From Octopus vulgaris (taxonomy: Eukaryota), in NCBI GenBank assembly GCA_951406725.2, contig OX597815.1, positions 79,360,001-79,424,000 on the forward strand: DNA of 64,000 nt, read 5' to 3'. Positions within the stretch are counted from its first letter, which is position 1; every line of letters starts with the position of its first letter. A model generated the notes under the pieces. That model was not told where the DNA came from and ran no database searches. It saw only the letters and a list, made by a program, of their open reading frames with translations. Shown here one piece after another: positions 1 through 11,533 of this stretch. The translations under genes and the position numbers were made by a program.

Positions 1-499
1 GCTTGCATAGAAAACAGAGATGTAGAGCAAAAAAACAAAAAAAAACAAAACTAAAACTCTCCTCACAAAGAGCATCACAATTAATATATACAATGATGCT
101 ATGAAGGGTAACTGTGGTACACAAAACTCCTACCCAAAAGTCTAGCAGGACTTTAACAGAAATCAGTGAAAGCAGGTTTGAATGAAAGGGAAAATACAAT
201 ACAATAAACATCAGATACAATGTTATTTGAACTGCAAATTAAAAAGGGCAAACAAAATAAACAGACAAATAAACAACAAAAAAGTCTCCAAAAATCTATT
301 CCATTTCCCCTAACATCATTTTATATTTTTAAAAAATATGCTATATTTCATGAAGCTTTCTGTTTTACAAGCTAACATAAATAATACTCTAGAATTAGTT
401 TGCTTTTGATGGTCTTTTCATTAATTACCAAAGAAATGGAATGTAAATTGGATATCAGCAACAATTAAATTTAGAAATGACAAATAATGGCTATCATAA

Positions 500-1070
500 C
501 ACAGTAGGCTCAAAACTGTACCCTGACACAAATAACACCACCACTTTCTCCATTCTCATCAACTGCACAGGCTTTGCCAAATCTGAGTATATTCAGAGAC
601 ACAATCAGAGACAGCAGTGTTGTCCACTGGGCAACAGGCCAACATTTGAACATTAGGTACAAGCATGTAACCAACACAATACATAACAACAAGTCTGTCA
701 CCAACATCTGAGGTATGTTTATCTAAACTAATAAAAAGATCAAGACAAACTATCCAGACATAATAATCAACACTAGGATGAAAATATCTGTGTGCCGACA
801 AACATCTTAATCTCCTCAAACCAAAACATTATATGATAGGACATGGAGAAACTATGAAAGTACAAAGACCTGGTAACTGAAATGAAAAGGATGTGGGACG
901 TGAAAATAAAAAGAGTACCAATAACAACTGGAGTATAAGGTAAGATTTTTTTTTTTAAATGAACAAAACATACAAACCATACCAAGCCTAACAATAGTAC
1001 ATATAATCTAAAAAAAAAGTAGCTCTGCTAGACACAACCACATCCTACACAAGATACTTTCAGTTAAACA
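500..1070 (+). mobile_element. Decayed R4/Dong-like (RLE-clade) non-LTR retrotransposon, C-terminal fragment
   Basis: Broken frames give ILINCTGFAKSEYIQRHN, YPDIII, KYKDLVTEMKRMWDVKIKRVPITTG and KKVALL, i.e. zinc-knuckle/RHN and restriction-like endonuclease motifs. Confidence 0.7.
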
Positions 1071-2009
1071 GTAAAATTCGAACAATATACCCTCTGCACA
1101 AAAGACATACCCAACATAATAATCACCAAATAAAATAACACAACATAATCTACATGATCAATACCTAATAAAGAAAACACATACCTACATAACTGATCCT
1201 ACACACTTCACATTCTTTACAGCAGCAACTTGTAAATGTTATGCAAAGCACACAGTATATACTCTAAGCAATCACCATCTGACAATCAAACACATAATAT
1301 CAATCAGACAACACATACAAAACATAATCACCACCCAACAAAATAATACAGCTCACACTACAACATACTCTTCATAAAAAATGAAATGCTAAAACTGCAC
1401 CAGAATCCACTCCAAACCTCATAAGAAAGCAACATTGATGTAGTGTACAAACACAAGACCACTGTGAGTTTCTACGGTGAAGCAGTAGAAACTCATATAA
1501 AACTGTTGAAAATTCATAATTGATAACAGCAGCAATGACTTGTGTAGAGAAGGCGGTATTGCTGAGTGAATTAATTTTCTAGAACTAGGTTTTATTTTAT
1601 CATTTGCAGAGAATGGAAACAAAGTCGACTCAAGTAGATTTTCAAACTCATTTCATATAAAGATGAAACTATGTGTAGCATGCTATTTTACTACTTCAAA
1701 TAGAAATTTTAAGGTCAGGTCTTTGTAGCATACTAACAGTGTATACTTCCATTAATGGGAAATTTTGAATGAGAAGGCAGATAGATGAGTTTTACTCATC
1801 AATAGTCTTCAACTACTATCTTCCAAATGGGATATTACTTCACTCTGTCTCTTCAATAGCAGTGGCGTATGCTTCCCTGAACTAGCTAGCTTCAAATATC
1901 TCCAAACCATTCTTCTCACTCATGTTTTCTCAACCTATCACCACTGGCATACCTCAGTTTGCAGATTCAGTACTAAACACTTTGATCCAGGACTGCAAAG
2001 TAATGTCTT

Positions 2010-2200
2010 TTATTTTTTTTTTACCTTCAACTTGTTTTAGTCATTGATCTTTAATAGAACAAATCAACCACAGTATTTTTTTTAAAGTCTGGGGTACTTA
2101 TTCCATTGGTCACTTTAGCCAAACTGCTACGGGGATGTAAACAAACCAACACTAGTTGTCAAGTTATGGTGGAGAGAAACACAGACACAAATGCATGCAC
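2010..2200 (-). mobile_element. 3' part of SINE family A
   Basis: Matches the 3' half of the family seen at 40690-40890 and 37986-38165. Confidence 0.6.
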
Positions 2201-2317
2201 ACACATGCATGAGCAAAAAATGACATGCATATAAATGTACATAAAATACCCCCAGACATACACACATGTATGATGTGTGTGGGTACATGAAGGGAATGCA
2301 TTTCATTAACATTACAT

Positions 2318-2348
<31 letters not shown>

Positions 2349-2364
2349 GTATGTATATACACAT

Positions 2365-2834
2365 ATACAGATAGAAGACAAAATATAAATAATGGTCATT
2401 ACAAATTTTTCCTTTACTGGAGTAAATTTGGTTTACAGCTATTTCTAGTAGTTATTATAGGTTCAGTACTGATAGAGTCATTTCTAGTTAACTAGAAATG
2501 GCTGCATTAAGTTTTTAGGTCACTCAACTTTTCTCAACTGATCAGTAGACAAGTAAACCTGTCAGTAACAAACCTATCATGACTACAGGAAACAGCTGTA
2601 AGCCAAATTTACTCCAATAAGGGAAAAATATGTAACGACCATTATTTATACCTTGTCTTGTATATCACTCTGTGTAAAAACCAGTGTAACTGGAGCACAA
2701 CCACAGATTTACAATATAGAACTCTGATGAACTATGACCTCATACCCTATCACAAGAAAACTTGTGAACAATATTGTTACCCTGGTGTACTAGCAGAGAG
2801 TTTATGAAATATCTTGCCAGACTGATAATCCTCA

Positions 2835-2836
<2 letters not shown>
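2365..2836. repeat. Diverged fold-back element (arms ~2372-2472 / ~2557-2665) with unique tail, between (TA)n tracts
   Basis: ATAAATAATGGTCATTACAAATTTTTCCTTTACTGGAGTAAATTTGGTTTACAGCT is the reverse complement of AGCTGTAAGCCAAATTTACTCCAATAAGGGAAAAATATGTAACGACCATTATTTAT. Microsatellites lie at 2318-2365 and 2838-2872. Confidence 0.8.
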
Positions 2837-2876
<40 letters not shown>

Positions 2877-3589
2877 AACATTTTAAAACTATCATAAAGC
2901 AAAATTATGCAAGAAATGTAATAATATGAATGTCTAACTGTTACCTAATTGATAAACAAATAACAAGTCAAAAATGAAACCGCTACACTAATTGCCCGAC
3001 GTGCTTAAATATCCCTTAAATCACACACTACCACCACAAAAATGGATGAACACACTGGATAATGCTGATGAAAATATACTGAGAAAGTTAATAGATGGAT
3101 ACAGCAAGAGCACCATTGATAATAAGTCTCAAATAATTGTTGGATCAACTCTAAGCCAGAGCTAAAAGACAGAAACCAGTTGTGAATAATATGTAATATC
3201 TAGTGTAATAGAAACTTTCTATGTCTAATAGTACTTACCAAGATCTACTTTTAAAAGAACAAAATTTCAATGAAAAACAAAACAACAAAATGATAATAAT
3301 GTTCAATAATGTAAATGAAATTGAGCCTTAACTTAAAAATTTAAAGGAAACACAAGCAAAAAAAAATTCATGTGATAGAAAAAGACAAAATAATTTACAA
3401 AATAGAATAAAGATAAACAAAAACACTGTGATACTGTTAAGGTAGATGAGAAGAAAAATGAATTAATACTTTTAAAAAATTCAAGAAATTCAAAAAATTT
3501 CAAAAGATATCAGCCCATCACACACATATATATATGTATGTATATGTATATATATATATACACACACACATACAGTTGCCTAAGAATCC

Positions 3590-4622
3590 TTAAGTCAGAA
3601 GAATAGGCACTTATATGTTTGTCAATAGAATTGGTATACAAAATAAAGTATGCAGTATTATAGAGCCATTACACCCAATTTTACCAATTGGTTTCATGCC
3701 AGATATTAGGTAACTTGGCTGTTATTTAATAAAGATGCTCTTCAAGGACGGCAGGTATGGATAAAGATATGGTAAATGCCCCCTTTATTGAAAGTGAGAA
3801 AATGTGACATCTAGTTTGAAAGCGCTGACAGAAAGATGAAACAAAGTTGCATGTGACAATTAAGGGATTTATCAAGGGTTATGTCCCTTTCTCCCACAAA
3901 CCCCACTGAGTTAACTGTAATGCAACAGGATTTAGTGAGTAAATGTATGTGCAGGGATGAAGGGGTTGGTGGATATGTGTAGGGGTACTTTGGAACAGGA
4001 AACTGGGCAAGTGCCCAAACATTCAACCTCATATTTGGGGCATATCCTATGTAAGAATGGTTTGGCCAAAACTTGGTTCTCAGAATGTGATGGTGGTGGG
4101 GAGATGAAGGAGATTTTGGCGTTTATAATTATGGTGGAACCTCTAGCAAGCTAACATGTATCTTCTCTCATGTAGGTATGGGCCTAAAATCTCATTTTTG
4201 CAATATAGGTAAATGTCTGGGTGATGAGATTTTTTAATATAATTCTTTTCTTGGTTAGACATAACCTGTATTTCCCACTACTATCAAAATGAAGCTTGCA
4301 TTTATCCAAGGTTTTCCTTTTGATGTTGTAATTCATGGTCATCGAAGTCAAGTGTCATGGATTACAACATCAAGCAGAAAATCTTGGAGAAGTGCAAGCG
4401 TTATTTTAATAGTTTTAGAAAATGCAGATTATGTCAAGATGAGAAAAGAATTATATTAAAAAAATTATGATTACATCCAATAACTGAGAGCAGTTACTTA
4501 TCTTTTCCATATTTGCTGTTCCTGAAGAGCGTATATATTAGATAAAACCCAATTACCTAATATCTAGTATGAAACCAATTGTTAAAATCACCTGTAATAC
4601 CTCTATAATACAGTATACTTTG
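3590..4622 (-). mobile_element. Penelope-like retroelement 3' remnant with inverted duplication
   Basis: Plus 4360-4465 reads DYNIKQKILEKCKRYFNSFRKCRLCQDEKRIILKK. The minus copy reads NYNIKRKTLDKCKLHFDSSGKYRLCLTKKRIILK and, after a frameshift, CKNEILGPYLHERRYML. This fits the CxLCxxEK...NxRxE...CxH C-terminus of PLE GIY-YIG proteins. Inverted pairs: 4229-4337/4356-4466 and 3644-3780/4488-4621. Confidence 0.75.
4522..4584 (+). ncRNA. Degenerate type I hammerhead ribozyme motif (inverted copy ~3682-3745, minus)
   Basis: CTGAAGA, helix II ATATTAGATA/TATCTAGTAT, then GAAAC-CAATT-GTT. The inverted copy has the intact palindromic helix III GAAAC-CAATTG-GTA. Helix I is decayed. Confidence 0.55.
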
Positions 4623-4648
4623 AGATATATATATATATGCACACACAC

Positions 4649-5504
4649 ACAGGGTGAAGTGAATAAACTGCCGTCTGAATTACATGAAAATAACACTGAC
4701 ATCTCATTTTAACATATATATTTACCAAAATTACAGGAAAATATCTTGAAATACTAAAGAGTAAATTTATTTTTTAAAAATCGCTATTGGCTTCAACCAC
4801 GGCCACCAGTCGATTTTGGAATCTCCTGCAACTCTTCTTGATGATCTCCTAGTCTTAGGTTGGTGAATAGTGCTTGCCTTCAGTTCATCTTTGATGTTAC
4901 ATGGAGTTTTGTTGGTCTCTTGCTCAACTGCTGCCCACACATAATCAAGGGGGTTGCAGTCTGGAGAGTTAGGTGGCCAGATGTTACGGGTGATGTGGTT
5001 GCAGAAATTGTCCGACAGCCATGACTGGGGTCTTCTGCTTGTGTGGCATGGTGCAGAGTCCTGTTGCCAAACATAGGATCTTCTAGCAGCCATCCTCTAG
5101 ACCCAGGGCAGCACTACCTCCTCTAGGCACTTGATGCAGGCCTCTGTGTTGAGTTTGAGGCCGTGTGGGAAGATGAATAGAGGCATAATGTCACCATCAC
5201 TAGTGATCACTCCAAACGTCATGATGCTGACTGGATGTTTTATTTTTATTACTTTTGGTACATGTCCTCAGATTGACACCCAAATACTCCAAAATGTTTG
5301 TATTGGAGCTGCCAGCATGAATGCCAAGCAGTAAAGCTTGTCATTTCCAGATTTCTGGCAGAGTGAATTGTATCATGGTGCTGTTTTTCTCACAGATGGA
5401 GATCAACTGACCCTAATATACTGTGTAGTTGACGAAATCAAGAACAATGTGCATACGTAAAATTAAGAATATAAAATGGTGACAATTTACCCATTGCACC
5501 TTGT
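4649..5504 (-). mobile_element. Tc1/mariner superfamily DD37D (maT-type) transposon fossil, internally deleted
   Basis: ORF 4767-5093 has WQQDSAPCHT...WPPNSPDCNPLDYVW with 37 residues between the two catalytic Asp. Imperfect CAGGGTG / CACCTTG-TA termini. Confidence 0.8.
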
Positions 5505-5510
5505 ATGTAT

Positions 5511-5560
<50 letters not shown>

Positions 5561-5612
5561 ATGTATGTATGCATGTATGTATGCAACATATATATTATGC
5601 ATATTTATACAT

Positions 5613-5654
<42 letters not shown>

Positions 5655-5966
5655 GTCACTTATTTTTATTCATTAATTTTAATTATATATTTATTTACTT
5701 ATTTATTTGCTTATTTCATCCATTTATTTGGATCACTTACACATATGATTGTAATCAATTAATAAATAGATATAATTGAATATTTACAAGCTGATGTTTG
5801 TTGATTGTTTATCCTCCCCATTTTCTTATTTGCCTTATATATTATACATGCATGTATGTATATACACACATATATACATATATATATACACCTACATGTA
5901 TTATATATATACACACACACATATACATACATGTATGTATATATACACATATACATACATACATAC

Positions 5967-6015
<49 letters not shown>
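5505..6015. repeat. Compound (TA)n/(TATG)n/(CA)n microsatellite field
   Basis: Directly visible; source of the spurious YI/MYVC ORFs. Similar fields occur throughout the window. Confidence 0.95.
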
Positions 6016-6272
6016 AGTAAGATTCAGTTGAATTAGGTACTGAAATTGAGGCATCTTATTAGGTCGGAATAATATATACGCATGTAACAATATTAAGTAA
6101 GTATCAAACTTGGTACATAAGTACTGGCCGAATGATATTCATGCAGTATATGTAGACAATTAGACCTAGCTGGGTCAAGAAATCTGCTCTTGAGCTATTC
6201 AGACATTATATTAAATACACTGTCCATAATATCTACGAAGGACAGATTCCGAGACAGGTGAATAAAATATGA

Positions 6273-7089
6273 GTAACAGTAGAGGTGCAGGTGTCAATCC
6301 ATTATGGCCATTTCTAACAACTCCTTTAATTGATTAATGAAGATATTACATCATTGGAAAGAAACTGTTTTCACAGATGAATTCATGAACTTCAAAATAA
6401 AGGACATTCAGAATGATTTAACAGAGTTTAAAATCCAAGGAGTAAAATCATTTACAGTGACTCTGTTACTATTTCAGTTGGCAGAATGGATTTATCAGAA
6501 TAGTGTATATTTGATCAGAACAGAGAAACTTAGTGGTTAGTAGAGTTTTTAGGAGTGGGAAGGAATAATTGACTCCAGTGACCCAATTATCTATACTTCT
6601 AACAAGAGAGGAGGGTACATCTCCAATAGTCCAGATTTATCTATTGAGGTGTTGTTTAATGTCTACTGGTCATTGGTAAGAAAATGATTTGTGGTCAGGT
6701 CAACCTACTAAATTATCAAGGTAACTGGACTATTGGAGCTGCGCCCTCCTCTCTTGTTAGAAGTATAGATAATTGGGTCACTGGAGTCAATTATTCCTTC
6801 TCCGCTCCTAAAAACTGTACTTACTCCTAAATTTCTCTGTTCTAATCAAATATACACTATTCTGGTAAATCCATTCTGCCAACAGAAATAGTAGCAGAAT
6901 CACTGTAAATGTTTTTGCTCCGTGGATTTTAAACTATATTAAACCATTCTGAATGTCCTTTATTTTGAATTTCATGAATTCATCAGTGAAAACAGTTTCT
7001 TTCCAATGATGCAATATTTTCATTAATCAATTAAAGGAGTTGTTAGAAATGGCTGTAATGGATTGACATACCTGTACCTCTACTGTTAC
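6273..7089. repeat. Long inverted repeat, ~360 bp arms (6273-6634 / 6725-7089), ~90 bp loop
   Basis: Arms align base by base, roughly 90% by eye (e.g. CCATTTCTAACAACTCCTTTAATTGATTAATGAA vs TTCATTAATCAATTAAAGGAGTTGTTAGAAATGG). Unique extension 6020-6272; (TA)n on both sides. Confidence 0.92.
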
Positions 7090-7203
7090 ACATTTATATA
7101 TATATAATTTCAACAATTGAGGGTAAAATTAATTAATTATTAATCAATTTCACCAAGTGTTCAGTATGCAAAGGGACCATTTAAGGCGAATTCAAATTAT
7201 TAC

Positions 7204-7828
7204 ATTATATAAAAGGGCTTAGTAAAATAAATTACTTTGCCGCATACTGAACTCATTAGAAATAGCAGCTAAAAAACTTTTTTAAAGCTATTTCTAATAC
7301 TTAGAAAATCTCTCTCATATAGTGTTTGCTTAACTCAACTCACGAAAGTTTGGGGGTAAGGACATCAAAAAATCAAATGCAAAGGTTATTTGAGAACGTA
7401 CGTTTCAAGATTAGTCAACACGACACTTCTATCATCAGCTCAGAAACTCCTTGGTTTGGATTTGAAAACACTGAAAGTAAGAGCATACTTACGGCTTCTC
7501 ATCGCTTTCGAAGATCTTCGAAAGCGATGAGAAGCCGTAAGGGTATGCTCTTACTTTCAGTGTTTTCAAATCCAAACCAAGGAGTTTCTGAGCTGATGAT
7601 AGAAGTGTCGTGTTGACTAATCTTGAAACGTACGTTCTCAAATAACCTTTGCATTTGATTTTTTGATGTCCTTACCCCAAACTTTCGTGAGTTGAGTTAA
7701 GCAAACACTATATGAGAGAGATTTTCTTTAAGTATTAGAAATAGCTTTAAAAAAGTTTTTTAGCTGCTATTTCTAATGAGTTCAGTATGCGGCAAAGTAA
7801 TTTATTTTACTAAGCCCTTTTATATAAT
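7204..7828. repeat. Near-perfect 625 bp spacer-less palindrome, centre 7514/7515
   Basis: Centre CATCGCTTTCGAAGA|TCTTCGAAAGCGATG. Arms differ only by a few 1-2 nt indels. Unique tail ~7105-7203; (TA)n flanks. Confidence 0.95.
7587..7642 (+). ncRNA. Minimal type I hammerhead ribozyme-like motif (mirror copy 7389-7444, minus)
   Basis: TGAG-CTGATGA(7593-7599), imperfect helix II (AGA/TCT, GTC/GAC, U.U first pair), GAAAC(7625-7629)-GTAC-GTT-CTCA. Helix III is the palindrome ACGTACGT, helix I is TGAG/CTCA, triplet GUU. Confidence 0.6.
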
Positions 7829-7856
7829 ATATATATATATATATATGGAGAGAGAG

Positions 7857-8109
7857 ATAATTGTATAGGGTACAATTATACTTAAGGGCACAAAAGCTAT
7901 CATGCCTATATGCTGAAACAAGTTTTCAAATGTCTTACCACTTCAAATATTCACTCCACATATATTTCACACAGGTTGTGTAAAAACCTGTGTAAAAAAT
8001 ATACGTGGAGTGAATATTTAAAGTGGTAGGACTTATTTGATGTCTTGTTTCAGCATATAGGCATGATAGCTTTTGTGCTCTTAAGTATAATTGTACCTTA
8101 TACAATTAT
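7857..8109. repeat. Hairpin element, ~120 bp arms with short loop, plus tail to ~8205
   Basis: ATAATTGTATAGGGTACAATTATACTTAAGGGCACAAAAGCTATCATGCCTATATGCTGAAACAAG pairs with CTTGTTTCAGCATATAGGCATGATAGCTTTTGTGCTCTTAAGTATAATTGTACCTTATACAATTAT; (TA)n flanks. Confidence 0.9.
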
Positions 8110-9218
8110 ATATAACTCCGTATGTATTTTAGCTAAAAGGTTTTTTTTATATATGCATGTCACTGATAAAATTCATTAATTTTAATGATATTATCCTATT
8201 ATGCTTTATATATATATATATATATATTGAGAAAAAAGGTCACCATAATTTTGGGAAAAAAATCTTATTATTTATTCATTAGCGCTTTTGTTTGTTTCTT
8301 GAACTTGTCAAATGTATTCTTTATTTATACATGCACGTGCGCGCGCGTGTGTGTGTGAGTATTTATACATGCATGTATACACACATAGCCTCGTGATAAA
8401 GAAATTCACTTCATATGCATATAACTTTGGGTTTAGTCCCACTGCTTGACACCTGGTCAGTTTTTCTATTATGACCATAAGCTAACCAAAGCCTTGTGAT
8501 TGAATTTGATAGATCAAAGCTGAGTAGAAGCTTATCACAACACACACACACGTTTTTTTAAACTTGTACCTAAATTAGGAACACTAGTTATTATTATCAT
8601 GATTATTGTTTGTTACCATTACACTGATGGAGTAACAGAAACATGAGAATCATGAACTAAATACTGTGATATCTTCACCATTGTGCACTATGAGTTCATA
8701 ACTTAGGTTGATTTTGTTTCTCTTTCTTCTAAGGCTGATAAAATATGTTCTATCAATATACTAGAGATAATCTCATTATCAAAATTCCCTCCTCTGTAAA
8801 TTTAAGGTCATATGTCAAAGTTTTCATGATTATTAACAATCATAACAACAAAAATGATAATAATAATCCTGCTAAATTGTATAATAAACACAAAAAGCTA
8901 ATTAGAAATAAGCAGAATAATATTAAAGATAATATTTTTGATTTTGTTCCATAGTTAATATTGTTCCATAGTTAATATTGTTTACTTCTTAACATAAAGT
9001 GAAAAATAACAGACAACTCACTAAGTAGAAGCTGTATGAATATGATAATTTTCAGAGATGCTGTTTCTGGAGGTTGCACCTTTAATACTATTCATATGGA
9101 CTTTTACAACATCTCAAGGTTCTAATGGTTCAGAAAAATATACAATTCCATCTTACAATTTTCAAGATAACCATGAAATTTCCACAGGGTGTGACCAGCA
9201 ATAGTAATAATAATAATG

Positions 9219-9900
9219 ATCCTTTATTCTATAGGCAGGTCTGACAGTTTGGAGAAGGAGGTTAGATGAATACATTAACCCCAGTGTTCAACTGGTATTT
9301 GTTTTATTGACCTCAGAAGGATGAAAAGCAAAGTGAACTTTTGGTGGAATTTGAACTCAGAATGTAAAGATGAATGAAATGCTGCTAAACATTTTGTCCA
9401 GCAAAGGCAACCGTTCTGCCATAATAATAATAATAATAACCCTTCCTACTATAGGAATGAGACCTGAAATTTTCAGTGGGAATGGGGTAAGTCGATTACA
9501 TTGACTCCAGTGTATAATTGGTACTTGATTTATCGACACTGAAACGATGAAAGGCAAAGTTGACCTTGGTGGAATTTGAACGCAGAACATAGCGATGGGC
9601 AAAATATCATTAAGCATTTTGCCTGGCATGCTAACGATTCTGCCTGTTTGCCACCTTATGCCATAATAATAATAATAAGAAGAAGAAGAAGCAACCTTTG
9701 TACAATAGGCACAAAGCCTGGAGTTTGAGGTGATAGCTGATTACATCGACCTCAGTGCTTGACTGATACTTTTGCCATCGACCCCGAAAGGATAAAGGCT
9801 AAGTCAATCTTGATGGAATTTGAACTCAGAACATAAGGTCAGACAAAATGCCACTAAGCATTTTTCCCAGCATGCTAATGATTCTGCCAGCTTGCTGCCT
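9219..9900 (-). mobile_element. Three head-to-tail copies of tRNA-derived SINE family B separated by (TAA)n
   Basis: ~200 bp unit (GATTACATCGACCCCAGTG...GGAATTTGAACTCAGAAC...TAAGCATTTT...GATTCTGCC) at ~9219, ~9440 and ~9695. GAGTTCAAATTCC is a B-box-like motif on the minus strand. Confidence 0.8.
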
Positions 9901-10093
9901 TAATAATAATAATAATAATAATACTTCCAATCAATTTATTTCCTAAAATGATTTCAAAATCAGAAAATTATTTACATAAATAACAGCAAAAATGTGTCAA
10001 ACACATAAAAGATACATTTGGGCTTGAAAGAAACACCCCCACACCCACACCCACACATGGGGGTGGTATGTGTGTGCATATATATGTGTGAAT

Positions 10094-10144
<51 letters not shown>

Positions 10145-11494
10145 TACACAGATATATTTAATATTACATAGACAATAGTATCCACATTCAACAAATTAGT
10201 TCAGAAAATAGAAAAAATATGAATGATATGGAGGAACATAAATAAACATTAGAAATTTAATAAAAATACATAAACAATTAAATAAAAATACACAAAAATA
10301 AAAAGAGTAGAAATAACAGATAAACAAACATTCAAAAATAAAATTAATAACAACAAAATATGAAAGAAAAAAAACAAGAGCAACAACATCAAACAATAAT
10401 GGCAGATATAAAAATGCAGGTAGGTGAAAGGGTCATTTGAGCAAGCAATATGCATTTGTTCATTCATGGAGAGAGAGAGAGAGAGAGGTGGGGATAGAAA
10501 TATAAAGAAAGACAGATGTACAGAGGTAGATTGCGAAAGAAAGGAAGGGAAAGAATGAATTGTAAAAGAGAGAGAGAGACAGAGTGCATGAGTGTGGGTT
10601 CATTTTGTGCATGACAGTTTTTCTGCAAGGAGAGAGAGAAAAAATACCAATTGTGACAGGGGATGTCAAACATAGGTGGTGTGATGCATCGATGAATTTT
10701 ACTATTTCACCTAAAAATAAGTTTGTGCACTTGTATATGCAGCTATATGTGTGTGTGCGTGTGTGCATATACTTAACTACAGGTATTCATCTTAGTTCCA
10801 CTAGCTAAATATGCCATATTTATTTCCATATCTTTAAACTTAAATGATCATGTATGTACCCACGAAAAAATACATCTATATACCCCTGAATACACACACA
10901 GTTGCACACATACAAATCTCCCTCTCTCTCTCTCTCTCTCTCTCATATGTGTGACTGAGTTTGTGTACACTCATATATAAGCAATCATTCAATTGCCTGT
11001 TCATTTGTCTTATGTTGGGTTTTCTATGCTGGTATAGATGGCATGGGTATTTATTTGAAGCAGTATGTCATAGTTGGATGCTCTCCCTATCACCAACTCT
11101 TATCTGTTTAACAAATAAGGGACTTTTTTTTTTATTCCTCTACCTTAAGAGTACATAGTTATGGACATAATGGTCACCAGGAATGTAAATATGGCAACAT
11201 TTTTTTTGCTCAGGCAATCACATGTAAAGGACCAGGAATGACAACATGACACAAACCCACACTCACACACCAACATGCATGCATGCAAATGAATAGGCAC
11301 CCCCATACGCATGAGTGTGTATGTGTATTAATGAACAGCCAACTAGTTTTCATCTACCAATTCAACTCACAGGGAAAAGGTGAGCCAGAGATAACAGTAG
11401 TGGGCATTTACTCAAGGTACAACACAATCAGACAACCTAAAACCATGTGGCATCAATGCAAACTTCTTAACCACACTGTGGTATTTGTACCAAT

Positions 11495-11533
<39 letters not shown>

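Noticed and set aside
5476-6090. Many overlapping ORFs rich in Y/I/M/C/V/H/T (also 11.3-11.9, 42.3-42.6, 61.9-62.1 and 63.6-64 kb)
   Set aside because: They are translations of (TA)n/(CA)n/(TACA)n microsatellites, which lack stop codons.
6232-6262. CTACGA-AGGA-CAGAT-TCC-GAGAC-AGGT hammerhead-like string
   Set aside because: Both catalytic boxes are altered and there is no helix I or III support; too degenerate to call.
6337-6540. 67 aa ORF in the inverted-repeat arm
   Set aside because: The equivalent frame in the other arm has a stop codon, and substitutions fall at all codon positions.
7326-7616. 96 aa ORF across the palindrome centre
   Set aside because: No recognisable domain; a by-product of the self-complementary sequence.
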